The notes below the pieces were generated by a model that was not told the origin of the DNA, searched no databases, and saw nothing but the letters and a program-made list of their open reading frames with translations. Shown here in pieces: positions 7,906 to 15,919 of a DNA stretch of 33,743 bases. Origin of the DNA: a bacterium (GTDB taxonomy: Bacteria > Patescibacteriota > Minisyncoccia > Portnoybacterales > JAGGTM01); assembly GCA_021163745.1 (NCBI GenBank), contig JAGGTM010000044.1:1-33743 (forward strand), in the 5' to 3' direction. The stretch's first letter is position 1; each line of letters begins with the position of its first letter. The position numbers and the translations under genes are program-made.

Positions 7906-8997
7906 TTAATGAACATCTATATTTATGCTAGAAAGAAATCTTTTAAAATTCAAGATAAATTTTTCTTCTGAAAATTCTTCTGCTCTTTTTCTTATTATAA
8001 ATGGATTGTAATTTTTTAAATTTTTTAAAATTCTCCTTACTCCGTCCGCCAAGGATGCCGGATGCAAATCATCAAAAAACTCTCCGGTTTCTCCCTCTAA
8101 AATTGTCTCTAATGCACCGCCGCCGCGAAAGGCAAGAACCGGTTTTCCGAAACTCATCGCCTCTACAGGTGCAATCCCAAAATCATCCTGCCCCGGAAAA
8201 ATAAACGCAATACAATTTTTATAATATTCTTTTATCTTTTCATCTTCTAAAAATCCCAAAAATTTAATATTTCTATTTGCAATTCTTTGTAAATTTCTTC
8301 TTTCTCTTCCTTCTCCAATGATAATTAAGGGAAGGCGCAATTTATTAAATGCCTCAACAGCAACATCAATCCTTTTATAATAAGCCAACTGCGAAACTAT
8401 AAGAAAATATCCCTTCTGCAAATGGTTTTTCTGCGGATAAAAAGTTCCCAATTGGACCGGAGGGTATATAACCTTTGCATCTTTTCTATAAAATTTCTTA
8501 ATCCTCTGTAAAGTAAAATTAGAATTAGCAATAAAATAATCTACTCTATCCGCTGCCGACAGGTCCCACAATCTTAAGAAATGGAAAGAAATTTTTCTTA
8601 TAGTATTAAATCTCGTCCTGTAAGTAAAGGTGTCGTCCCATAAAAATCCCGTTGGTCTATGACAATAACAAATATGAGTAGTATGGGCCCTTAAAATAAG
8701 ACCCTTACAAAATGCAGAACAGGAAGAAATTACTAAATCAAAATTCGATAAGTCCACTGTTTCTACTGCAGTAGGAATAAACGGTAATAAAGCCCTATAT
8801 CTCTTTCTAAATATATATGGAAATCCTTGCAAGAAAGATGTGTTTATTCTTGTATTATTGAAATATTTCCCCAATTTATGTTCATCATAAAGCAGGGTAT
8901 AAATAGGTGCGTTTGGAAAAATTTTCCCGAGTGAAAAAAGCACCCTTTCCGCCCCTCCCAATCTAACAAGATAATCATGAACTAAAGCAACTTTCAT
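7906..8997 (-). CDS. Glycosyltransferase, GT-B fold (GT1/GT4-like)
   Basis: 363 aa with the C-terminal sugar-nucleotide binding motif DDFGIAPVEAMSFGKPVLA (E-x7-E type). Confidence 0.85.
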   Translation of the reverse strand: MKVALVHDYLVRLGGAERVLFSLGKIFPNAPIYTLLYDEHKLGKYFNNTRINTSFLQGFPYIFRKRYRALLPFIPTAVETVDLSNFDLVISSCSAFCKGLILRAHTTHICYCHRPTGFLWDDTFTYRTRFNTIRKISFHFLRLWDLSAADRVDYFIANSNFTLQRIKKFYRKDAKVIYPPVQLGTFYPQKNHLQKGYFLIVSQLAYYKRIDVAVEAFNKLRLPLIIIGEGRERRNLQRIANRNIKFLGFLEDEKIKEYYKNCIAFIFPGQDDFGIAPVEAMSFGKPVLAFRGGGALETILEGETGEFFDDLHPASLADGVRRILKNLKNYNPFIIRKRAEEFSEEKFILNFKRFLSSINIDVH

Positions 8998-9040
8998 TTT
9001 TGTTGAAAACTATTAATCAAAAAGAAACAATAATAATTTT

Positions 9041-9868
9041 CTATTTTCTTATAAATTTGGGCGGAGTCAAATTTTCAATTACTTTATCAAATAAATCTAA
9101 ATATCTAATATTTTCTTCATTAATCAAAAATGGAAGTAATTGTTTTTTAAGAGATTTTAATTTTGGTTTAACCTGAGAATATCTTTTAAGAATTGCCTTT
9201 TTGTAGTCATCTAAATTTTTTATTTTAACTTTCTTTAAAGTGATGAAATTTGGAAAAATTCCTTTAGATAAAAGCCAAACCACATCATAGAAATCTCTTG
9301 CTCGGGCTGGTTTTCTGTAAATTATGGCTAAACTTTTTTGAGATAAAATTGTTTCTAAGGTATTAGAAACAACTGTTTCAATTACTCCAAATCGATTTAA
9401 AAGAAAAACTTTTTGAAAGACAAGATAATCAGGTTTTGTCATTTCAATTTTAATCATCAACTTTTCTTCCTTGAGTGGAGAAAGGTTAACTTCTTTTAGT
9501 AGTCCGCCGCCAAACTTTAAATACCCTCGCCAAATGTTCTTTCTAACTTTTTTAAACTTAAATTCCAACTCAAATCCTTCTTGAATTAATTTTTTAGTTG
9601 CATTTTTAAAAATTCTTTCTAAAACTATTGTTTTTAGCCCTAAATTGTCAAAATCCAAATCTTCAGAAAACCTATCTAAATTATGAAGCAGTCTCAAACT
9701 TGTGCCTCCAATAAAACTAATTTGAGAAGATTCTTTTTGTTGATAAAGATACTTCAAAAAATGGCATTGAAGATACTCTCGAAGAATAGCCCGCTTTTTA
9801 AAAGAAGGAATTCCCAAGGACTTTCCCATTTCTATTATATTTTCCCAGTCAAATTTTATTTTTTTCAT
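9041..9868 (-). CDS. abiEii: AbiEii/AbiGii-family nucleotidyltransferase toxin
   Basis: 275 aa with the N-terminal motif FIGGTSLRLLHNLDRFSEDLDFD typical of DUF1814/AbiEii nucleotidyltransferases. It overlaps the upstream antitoxin-like gene by 20 nt. Confidence 0.8.
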   Translation of the reverse strand: MKKIKFDWENIIEMGKSLGIPSFKKRAILREYLQCHFLKYLYQQKESSQISFIGGTSLRLLHNLDRFSEDLDFDNLGLKTIVLERIFKNATKKLIQEGFELEFKFKKVRKNIWRGYLKFGGGLLKEVNLSPLKEEKLMIKIEMTKPDYLVFQKVFLLNRFGVIETVVSNTLETILSQKSLAIIYRKPARARDFYDVVWLLSKGIFPNFITLKKVKIKNLDDYKKAILKRYSQVKPKLKSLKKQLLPFLINEENIRYLDLFDKVIENLTPPKFIRK

Positions 9869-10478
9869 AAAATTGATAAATTTTTTTAGTTATCTCAAAA
9901 ACTCTTTTATTCTGAAAAACTTTAGCCATTTCAAAACAAGTTTTCCAAGAAAAAAAATTATCAAAACAAAATCTTTCTTCAGAGAAATCTTCTATTTCTT
10001 TCAATCTTTTTAAATTAAAATAAATAAAATCTAAAAGGGCTTTTTCGGGCACAGCAATGTTGTAAAAAAACTTTTTATCATTTGAATAAACACTTTTAAA
10101 TCCGAAAAAGTAATCTTTTTTAATATGACAAAACCAAAAATCACCAAAAATGGTTTTAAACTTCCTGGTAGTTAGCGGAGTTAAAGAAATTACCTTTTGA
10201 GAGATATCCGGAATAATTCCATAATAATTTAAAGCAGTTTCTAAGCTAATATAAGAAGGGGAAAGAAGTTTTTCGGCGAGATAAAACTGATCAGAAATTT
10301 CTACTTCTGGAAACCAAAAGAGACCTTTTTTTATTTTCTTTAAATAACCTTTTTTAATCCATTTATTAAGATCAACCTTCAAAGTAAAAAGATTGACTTC
10401 CGGAAACCATTTTAAGATATCAGCAAAAGTAAATAGCGGATATTGAGAAATTTTTTTTCTTAAAAGTTCAAATCTCAT
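9849..10478 (-). CDS. abiEi: AbiEi-like antitoxin / transcriptional regulator
   Basis: Start trimmed to the ATG at 10478 (MRFELLRKKISQYPLFTFADILKWF, a winged-helix-like N-terminus). The longer track ORF would overlap the glycosyltransferase. Its position and overlap with abiEii fit the type IV TA layout. Confidence 0.65.
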   Translation of the reverse strand: MRFELLRKKISQYPLFTFADILKWFPEVNLFTLKVDLNKWIKKGYLKKIKKGLFWFPEVEISDQFYLAEKLLSPSYISLETALNYYGIIPDISQKVISLTPLTTRKFKTIFGDFWFCHIKKDYFFGFKSVYSNDKKFFYNIAVPEKALLDFIYFNLKRLKEIEDFSEERFCFDNFFSWKTCFEMAKVFQNKRVFEITKKIYQFYEKNKI

Positions 10479-10554
10479 ATATTTAAGAAAGTTATACTTT
10501 TTTATAACTTTCTTAATTGTATTATAAAAATACTTCAATGTCAACTTTATAACT

Positions 10555-11670
10555 CTAAAAAACTTCTGTAAGCACCTCAAATGTCTTTTTTGCCGATATA
10601 TTCCAACTAAATTTTTTTGCGTTCTTTTTTCCCTCTTCAATCAACTGTTTCCTTAACCCTTCACTTGAAATAACACTGTAAATTCCTTCTGCAATACTAT
10701 AAATGTTATGAGGATCAACAAAAACCGCTCCCTTTCCTGCTATTTCAGGCATAGAAGAAATATTAGAGGTTATAACAGGAATACCCGAAATTTGTGCTTC
10801 CAAAATAGGCATCCCAAATCCCTCATAAAATGATGGCAGGACAAAAACATCTGCATTTTTTAATAACTCCCATTTCTTTCTCTCTTTTACATATCCCTTA
10901 AATTCTATTTCAGAGTTCATGCTTTTGTATTCTTTCATTGTATAAATTTTACTCCACCCATATCCCTTTGGACCTATCAATATTAATTTATGAGGAATAT
11001 TATATTTCTTTTTTAGAAAATAAAATGCAGAAATGAGACCAAAGATATTCTTTTTAAGCTCAATCCTTCCTATGAATAGAATATAAGGATGTCCTACATA
11101 ATTACGGGTCAAATTCCTTTTCCAAACCGGTCTTTTAACTCCGTGATAAATTACACTTATTTTTTGTGGATCTGTATCATACAATTCCACTAAATCATTT
11201 TTCGTATTTTCCGACACTGCAATAATCTTCTTAGAATATTTTAATGCATACAAAGTAGTAAATTTAAGATACTGCCTTTTCCAAAAAGAATAATAATAAG
11301 GATAATGCTCGTATTCCAATCCGTGAATAGTCACTATAGAATTTTCTGGATGAATTAACGGCAAAGTATGAGCGGGAGAGAAAAATATATCCGGTTTCCT
11401 AAAAACAAACTCCGAACTTAATCTTATCTGCGTCCACATAGGAAATTTCCACTTTAATTTCTCGATTTTTAAATTGGACTTAGCAAGAGTTTTAAATTCG
11501 TCGAATACATAAATTTGCTTATAGTTTAATTTATCGGGAAGATATAAAATAAACTGATGATGTTTTGCTTCAGGTAATTTTAGTAAACTTTTTATCAATT
11601 GATAAGAATACTCCTCAACTCCTGTTTTACGTTTTCTCGTCAATGCAGTAGAATGTATTCCGATTTCCAT
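10555..11670 (-). CDS. Glycosyltransferase family 4 (GT-B)
   Basis: 371 aa with FYEGFGMPILEAQISGIPVITSN, the classic GT4 E-x7-E region. Confidence 0.85.
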   Translation of the reverse strand: MEIGIHSTALTRKRKTGVEEYSYQLIKSLLKLPEAKHHQFILYLPDKLNYKQIYVFDEFKTLAKSNLKIEKLKWKFPMWTQIRLSSEFVFRKPDIFFSPAHTLPLIHPENSIVTIHGLEYEHYPYYYSFWKRQYLKFTTLYALKYSKKIIAVSENTKNDLVELYDTDPQKISVIYHGVKRPVWKRNLTRNYVGHPYILFIGRIELKKNIFGLISAFYFLKKKYNIPHKLILIGPKGYGWSKIYTMKEYKSMNSEIEFKGYVKERKKWELLKNADVFVLPSFYEGFGMPILEAQISGIPVITSNISSMPEIAGKGAVFVDPHNIYSIAEGIYSVISSEGLRKQLIEEGKKNAKKFSWNISAKKTFEVLTEVF

Positions 11671-11679
11671 TTATTCAGT

Positions 11680-11720
11680 TTACCCCGCACTACTCTTATT
11701 ACAAAAGTTATGCGGGGTAA
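11680..11720. other. GC-rich stem-loop between mreB2 and the glycosyltransferase
   Basis: ttaccccgca (11680-11689) pairs perfectly with tgcggggtaa (11711-11720) around a 21-nt A/T loop. Same style as the hairpin at 221-260. No U-tract. Confidence 0.6.
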
Positions 11721-11745
11721 ATTAATTAACAATTCATTAATTTGC

Positions 11746-12753
11746 TTATCGTTTTACCATTATTGCCCTTTTGTAAAATTCTAAATGTTCCAAAGCGATA
11801 CCTGTCCCTCTTGCTACACAAAGCATAGGGTCATCTGCAATAAATACAGGAACTCCAGTTACATTAGTAATCAGTTTATCTATATTCTTTAATAACGCCC
11901 CTCCACCACTCAAGGTCATTCCTTCGTTTATAATATCGGCACATAGTTCAGGAGGGGTTTCTCTTAAAACTGTTTTTATTGTATCAATTATCTCGTACAG
12001 TTGCTCTCTTATTGCACCGGCAATTTCATTTGTTTTAACTTTTACAACTTTAGGCAATCCATCTATTAAATCTCTCCCTTGAATCTCCAATTCTTCTTCC
12101 TCTTCTTCTGAAACAGCGCTTCCTATTTCTATTTTTATTTGCTCGGCTGTCTTTTCTCCAATTGCTAAATTATGTTTTTTTCTTATGTATTCGGAAATAG
12201 ATAAATCAATCTTGTCTCCTCCAACTCTGGTAGAGGCACAAGATACAATTCCACCCAGTGAAATTACCGCCACTTCCGTAGTTCCTCCCCCTATATCTAT
12301 AATCATGTGACCACTGGGTTCATTTATAGGAATCCCTGCACCAATAGCTGCCAAAATCGGCTCTTTGATTAGATAGGCATGCTTTGCGCCAGCTTTAACA
12401 CTTGCTTCTGTAACTGCCCTTCTCTCTGTAGAAGTGATTCCCGCGGGAACCGCTACCATAACTTCTGGTTTAAAAACCCTAAGTCTGCCTAATGCCTTTT
12501 TAATAAAATACCGAAGCATAGCCTCGGTCACACGGTAGTTTGCAATAACCCCGTCCTTCATCGGTCTATAAGCCACAATACTATCTGGTGTCTTCCCCAG
12601 CATCTCCTTTGCTTTCTTGCCAACAGCCAAAATACGATTGTCATCGACAGACACCGCTACTACGGTAGGTTCATTAATAATAACCCCCTTCTTTGGAATA
12701 TAAACCAATGTATTTGCGGTACCTAAATCAATGCCAATTTTTTTGATAAACAT
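11746..12753 (-). CDS. mreB: Second MreB-family actin-like protein
   Basis: Roughly 60% identical by eye to the MreB at 1461-2516 (IDLGTANTLVY, IDIGGGTTEVAVISLGG, GGGALLKNIDKL). Start set at the ATG at 12753 (MFIKKIGIDLGT). The track start at 12783 is a TTG inside repeat E3. Confidence 0.9.
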   Translation of the reverse strand: MFIKKIGIDLGTANTLVYIPKKGVIINEPTVVAVSVDDNRILAVGKKAKEMLGKTPDSIVAYRPMKDGVIANYRVTEAMLRYFIKKALGRLRVFKPEVMVAVPAGITSTERRAVTEASVKAGAKHAYLIKEPILAAIGAGIPINEPSGHMIIDIGGGTTEVAVISLGGIVSCASTRVGGDKIDLSISEYIRKKHNLAIGEKTAEQIKIEIGSAVSEEEEEELEIQGRDLIDGLPKVVKVKTNEIAGAIREQLYEIIDTIKTVLRETPPELCADIINEGMTLSGGGALLKNIDKLITNVTGVPVFIADDPMLCVARGTGIALEHLEFYKRAIMVKR

Positions 12754-12762
12754 GATAATATA

Positions 12763-13320
12763 AGCGCAAAGCTCAAAGCGCAAAGTGTAAAGCTAAAGCG
12801 TAAAACTTAAAGGTTATTAAAATATCTCAAATCTCACCCAACACCACTCTGGACTCCACAGTGGTGCTGGGCAAATCTTAAATCTACATCTCAAATCTTA
12901 AAACAAATTTAAGCTCAAAGCTCAAAGTGCAAAGTGCCCCGAAAGAAAGCCTGCGGCTTCCTACGGGACAGGCAAAGCTGAAGCGTAAAGCTTAAAGCTT
13001 AAAAGTAATTAAATCCTAAATTCAAAATCCTAAATTTTTACCCGCCCAAGTTTTGTTTCACAAAATTTGTACGGGCAGGCAAATCCAAATGACCAAAATT
13101 CAAAATTCAAAATGCCCACCCCCACCTTAATCCTCCCCTCCGACTTATGTCGGAGGGGAGGATATAGAATGGGGAGGGGTATTCGTTTTGAATTTGTAAT
13201 TTTGAATTTGGGATTTGTTTGGAATTTGTAATTTGGAATTTGGGATTTTAAAATTGTAGCTTTGCGCTATAGTTTTGCATGCTCTGTAGAAAACCGCAGG
13301 ATTTCCTTCGTGTCGCTTTG
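12763..13320. repeat. Mosaic intergenic element copy E3 (largest regular copy)
   Basis: Contains CAAAG heptad arrays and hairpin 12837-12871. Module C lies at 12936-12969, with a degenerate inverted copy at about 13276-13312. A K-type hairpin lies at about 13041-13078. The P module spans 13114-13183 with a 13-bp perfect core stem (13132-13161). Complementary gaatttg/ggatttg arrays run 13186-13250. Confidence 0.85.
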
Positions 13321-13322
13321 AT

Positions 13323-14585
13323 CTAATTATCTCTCACCCTTCTAATATCTGCTCCAATTTTAGAAAGCCGTTGTTCTATTTCTTCGTACCCTCTGTCAAT
13401 TTGATAGATATTCTCAATTTCTGAACGACCGGACGCTAAAAGACCTGCAATAATAAGAGCAATTCCTGCCCGAATATCGGGCGATATCAATTTTCTTCCG
13501 TATAGCTTAGTGGGCCCTCTTACTAAAACTCTATGAGGATCGCACATTAAAATATTCGCACCCATCTGATTTAAAATATCTGTATAAAATAACCTCCCTT
13601 CGAAAATAACCTCTTGTACCAAAGAATCGCCATGCGCCTGAGTCAAAAGAACAGTAAAGGGAGGTTGTAAATCTGTAGGAAATCCCGGGTATTCTTTTGT
13701 TTTTATATTAACTGCTTTTAATTTAAAAGGCGGAATAACTTCTAAATAATTACTTCCCGTCTTGAAATTTACTCCTGCTTTTTTTAAAATCTCCAGAAAT
13801 ACTTCTAAGTGCTCCGGAATAATACCCGAAATTTTTATTCTGCTTTTAGTTGCACCGGCCAAAATGGCAAAACTTCCTGCCTCTATTCTATCCGGAATAA
13901 TCCTACAATTAGCACCATTTAATTTGCTAACCCCATCTATGCAAATAGTATGAGTTCCTGCTCCCTTTATTTTCGCTCCGCATTTATTCAAAAAACTAAT
14001 CAAATTAACTACCTCCGGCTCACAAGCGCAGTTTATCAAAACACTCCTTCCTTTTGCAAATACTGATAAAATAATCATTGCTTCTGTTGCGGTTACAGAA
14101 ATTATAGGAAAAACAAACTTTGTTCCCTTTATTTTCTTTGCTTTAAGACAATATCCATTTTTAACGGGAATTATTTTTGCTCCGAATCTTTCAAATCCAC
14201 TTAAAAATATATCTCTCGGTCTCTGTCCAATCACGCATCCGCCAGGATGCGGGAAAAAACTTTCTCCCTCCCTTGCCAATAGTCCGGCAGAAATCAAAAT
14301 AGACGCCTTAAGCTTTTGGGAAATCTCTTGGTCTAAATGTGTAGTAGCAATGTCTTTTACCCAAACTCTATAAGTTTTCTCTCTGGTTCTCTCTATATTC
14401 GCTCCTATTTTTTTAAGTAACTCTATCTGCCTTAACACATCCTCAATCAATGGAATATTGGAAATAACACAGGGCTTTTCAGTTAAAACCGTTCCCGCCA
14501 GTATAGGAAGCGCAGCATTTTTTGCTCCGTTAACCCTTATTTCTCCTTCAAGTCTTCTTCCTCCCTTTATAATAAATCTCTCCAT
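13323..14585 (-). CDS. murA: UDP-N-acetylglucosamine 1-carboxyvinyltransferase
   Basis: 420 aa, full-length MurA pattern (GAKNAALPILA, active-site loop GGCVIGQRP, PGFPTDLQ). Confidence 0.95.
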   Translation of the reverse strand: MERFIIKGGRRLEGEIRVNGAKNAALPILAGTVLTEKPCVISNIPLIEDVLRQIELLKKIGANIERTREKTYRVWVKDIATTHLDQEISQKLKASILISAGLLAREGESFFPHPGGCVIGQRPRDIFLSGFERFGAKIIPVKNGYCLKAKKIKGTKFVFPIISVTATEAMIILSVFAKGRSVLINCACEPEVVNLISFLNKCGAKIKGAGTHTICIDGVSKLNGANCRIIPDRIEAGSFAILAGATKSRIKISGIIPEHLEVFLEILKKAGVNFKTGSNYLEVIPPFKLKAVNIKTKEYPGFPTDLQPPFTVLLTQAHGDSLVQEVIFEGRLFYTDILNQMGANILMCDPHRVLVRGPTKLYGRKLISPDIRAGIALIIAGLLASGRSEIENIYQIDRGYEEIEQRLSKIGADIRRVRDN

Positions 14586-14697
14586 ACAACTATCCTATAT
14601 TAAACAACTTTATTTTTCAAGAAGCCGTATCAGAACTCACTCGTACTAGGATTTACCGTATTAGGGTTTTGTACTCGGCTCGTCGAGAGCAAAATCC

Positions 14698-15570
14698 TCA
14701 ATTATGAATAAAAATAAAAGTGCCTATATCCGCAAAATTATATACAGTTTCAGCCGGGCCAACACCTAAACGCACGCAACCATGAGAAACCCGCTTACCC
14801 AAATGACCTACTCCCTCCCTATATCCATTTGGCCAATAAGGAAGTTCATGAATGTATACACCCGGAGCAAATTTTAGAGAATAAGGCATATAAAGTTTGT
14901 ATTTATACGACCAATGATTTCTTTCTTTGGTTAAAACCTCAAAATTGCCCAAAGGAGTAGGCATCCCGTATCTGCCCGTAGATACATCAAAAACCCCCAA
15001 CACTCTACCATCTTTGTAAATGGCTAAAATCTGATCGCCGATATCTATATCAATATATTTACCTTTGGTAATTTTTGGTTTACTTAATTTTATTACTTTC
15101 CCATTTGGCTTTGTGATATAATTTTTTGAAATAGGCAATTTGCCGGGCTTTACTTCCAACAAATTTAAGGAAGAGGGCGGCAAAATTTTGAAATTAAATC
15201 TTTTATTCTCTAATTTAGTTAAAGCGTAACTTCTGACATTAGAAATAGAAATATTATACAAAGTATTGTATTCCGGCCAAAAGGGTATAAAAATAACTTC
15301 ACGATTGGAATCTCTAAATAAAAACTCTCCTCTGGAAAAAGGATTAATTTTAAATCCTTTTTCAAAAGAACTTTTAATTACAGGTTGATTAAAATAAAAA
15401 ACAACTTGATGATAGGGGGTAGAAATCAACTTTATCTCACATTTTAATTCAAAAACCCGGGAGTAAAATTTAATCCCGATAATTACAATAATTACAATAA
15501 TAGTTACTCCTAAAAATGCTATTAATAATTTGTTTTCATTGCTCTTTAAATTTATGATATTTCTGTTCAT
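14698..15570 (-). CDS. L,D-transpeptidase (YkuD domain), membrane anchored
   Basis: N-terminal TM helix and a C-terminal YkuD catalytic motif (HELPYW..., SHGCVRL). Confidence 0.85.
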   Translation of the reverse strand: MNRNIINLKSNENKLLIAFLGVTIIVIIVIIGIKFYSRVFELKCEIKLISTPYHQVVFYFNQPVIKSSFEKGFKINPFSRGEFLFRDSNREVIFIPFWPEYNTLYNISISNVRSYALTKLENKRFNFKILPPSSLNLLEVKPGKLPISKNYITKPNGKVIKLSKPKITKGKYIDIDIGDQILAIYKDGRVLGVFDVSTGRYGMPTPLGNFEVLTKERNHWSYKYKLYMPYSLKFAPGVYIHELPYWPNGYREGVGHLGKRVSHGCVRLGVGPAETVYNFADIGTFIFIHN

Positions 15571-15611
15571 AGAACGTTCTGTGGACTAAACTAATAAGCA
15601 GAAATTACTAA

Positions 15612-15880
15612 CGAAAATTCAAAATGCAAAAATCAAAAATCAAAACAACATTCAAGCGCAAAACTTATTAAAATTCCAAATTCAAAATTACAAATTCAAA
15701 ATGAATACCCCCTCCCTTCCTATGTCCTTCCCCGACTCGTGTCGGAAGAGGATTAAGATGGGGGCGGGTATTTTGAATTTTGGATTTTGGCCATTTGGAT
15801 TTGCTTGCCCTCCCAGGTTTTGTCCCCGCCCGCCGCAAATTTCTTCGAAATTTGGGCGGGCAAGCAAAACTTGGGCGAAT
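15612..15880. repeat. Mosaic intergenic element copy E4 (divergent spacer)
   Basis: CAAAATT/CAAATTC arrays, a P module at 15704-15772 (aataccc...gggtatt), complementary ttttgaa/ggatttt arrays, and a nested K-type hairpin at 15808-15878 with an inner 14-bp stem (15828-15861). Confidence 0.85.
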
Positions 15881-15883
15881 ACT

Positions 15884-15911
15884 TTGCCAATTCACTCCAT
15901 CTTGATATAAT
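15884..15911 (+). promoter_or_regulatory. Candidate sigma70-type promoter with extended -10 (leaderless PEGA-gene mRNA)
   Basis: TTGCCA (15884-15889), 16-nt spacer including the TG, then TGaTATAAT (15903-15911). Only 8 nt separate the -10 element from the ATG at 15920. Confidence 0.5.
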
Positions 15912-15919
15912 AAAAAATA

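Noticed and set aside
10479-10640. N-terminal extensions of track ORFs: abiEi to 10640, mreB2 to 12783, speH to 30359, holB to 6590, alaS to 27478, rplQ to 18265, ftsA-like to 25472, proS to 3898.
   Set aside because: The extended starts are non-ATG codons (TTG in every case I checked). They run into upstream genes, repeats or a terminator hairpin. Internal ATGs reproduce the canonical family N-termini.
7906-11670. The glycosyltransferase-AbiE-glycosyltransferase block as a mobile genomic island.
   Set aside because: No integrase, transposase, tRNA target or flanking direct repeats are visible. Composition looks the same as the neighbouring DNA by eye.
12763-13320. Possibility that the repeat-rich spacers are CRISPR arrays.
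   Set aside because: Repeat units are 7-8 nt and directly tandem, with no 25-40-nt repeats, no unique spacers of regular length, no leader and no cas genes.
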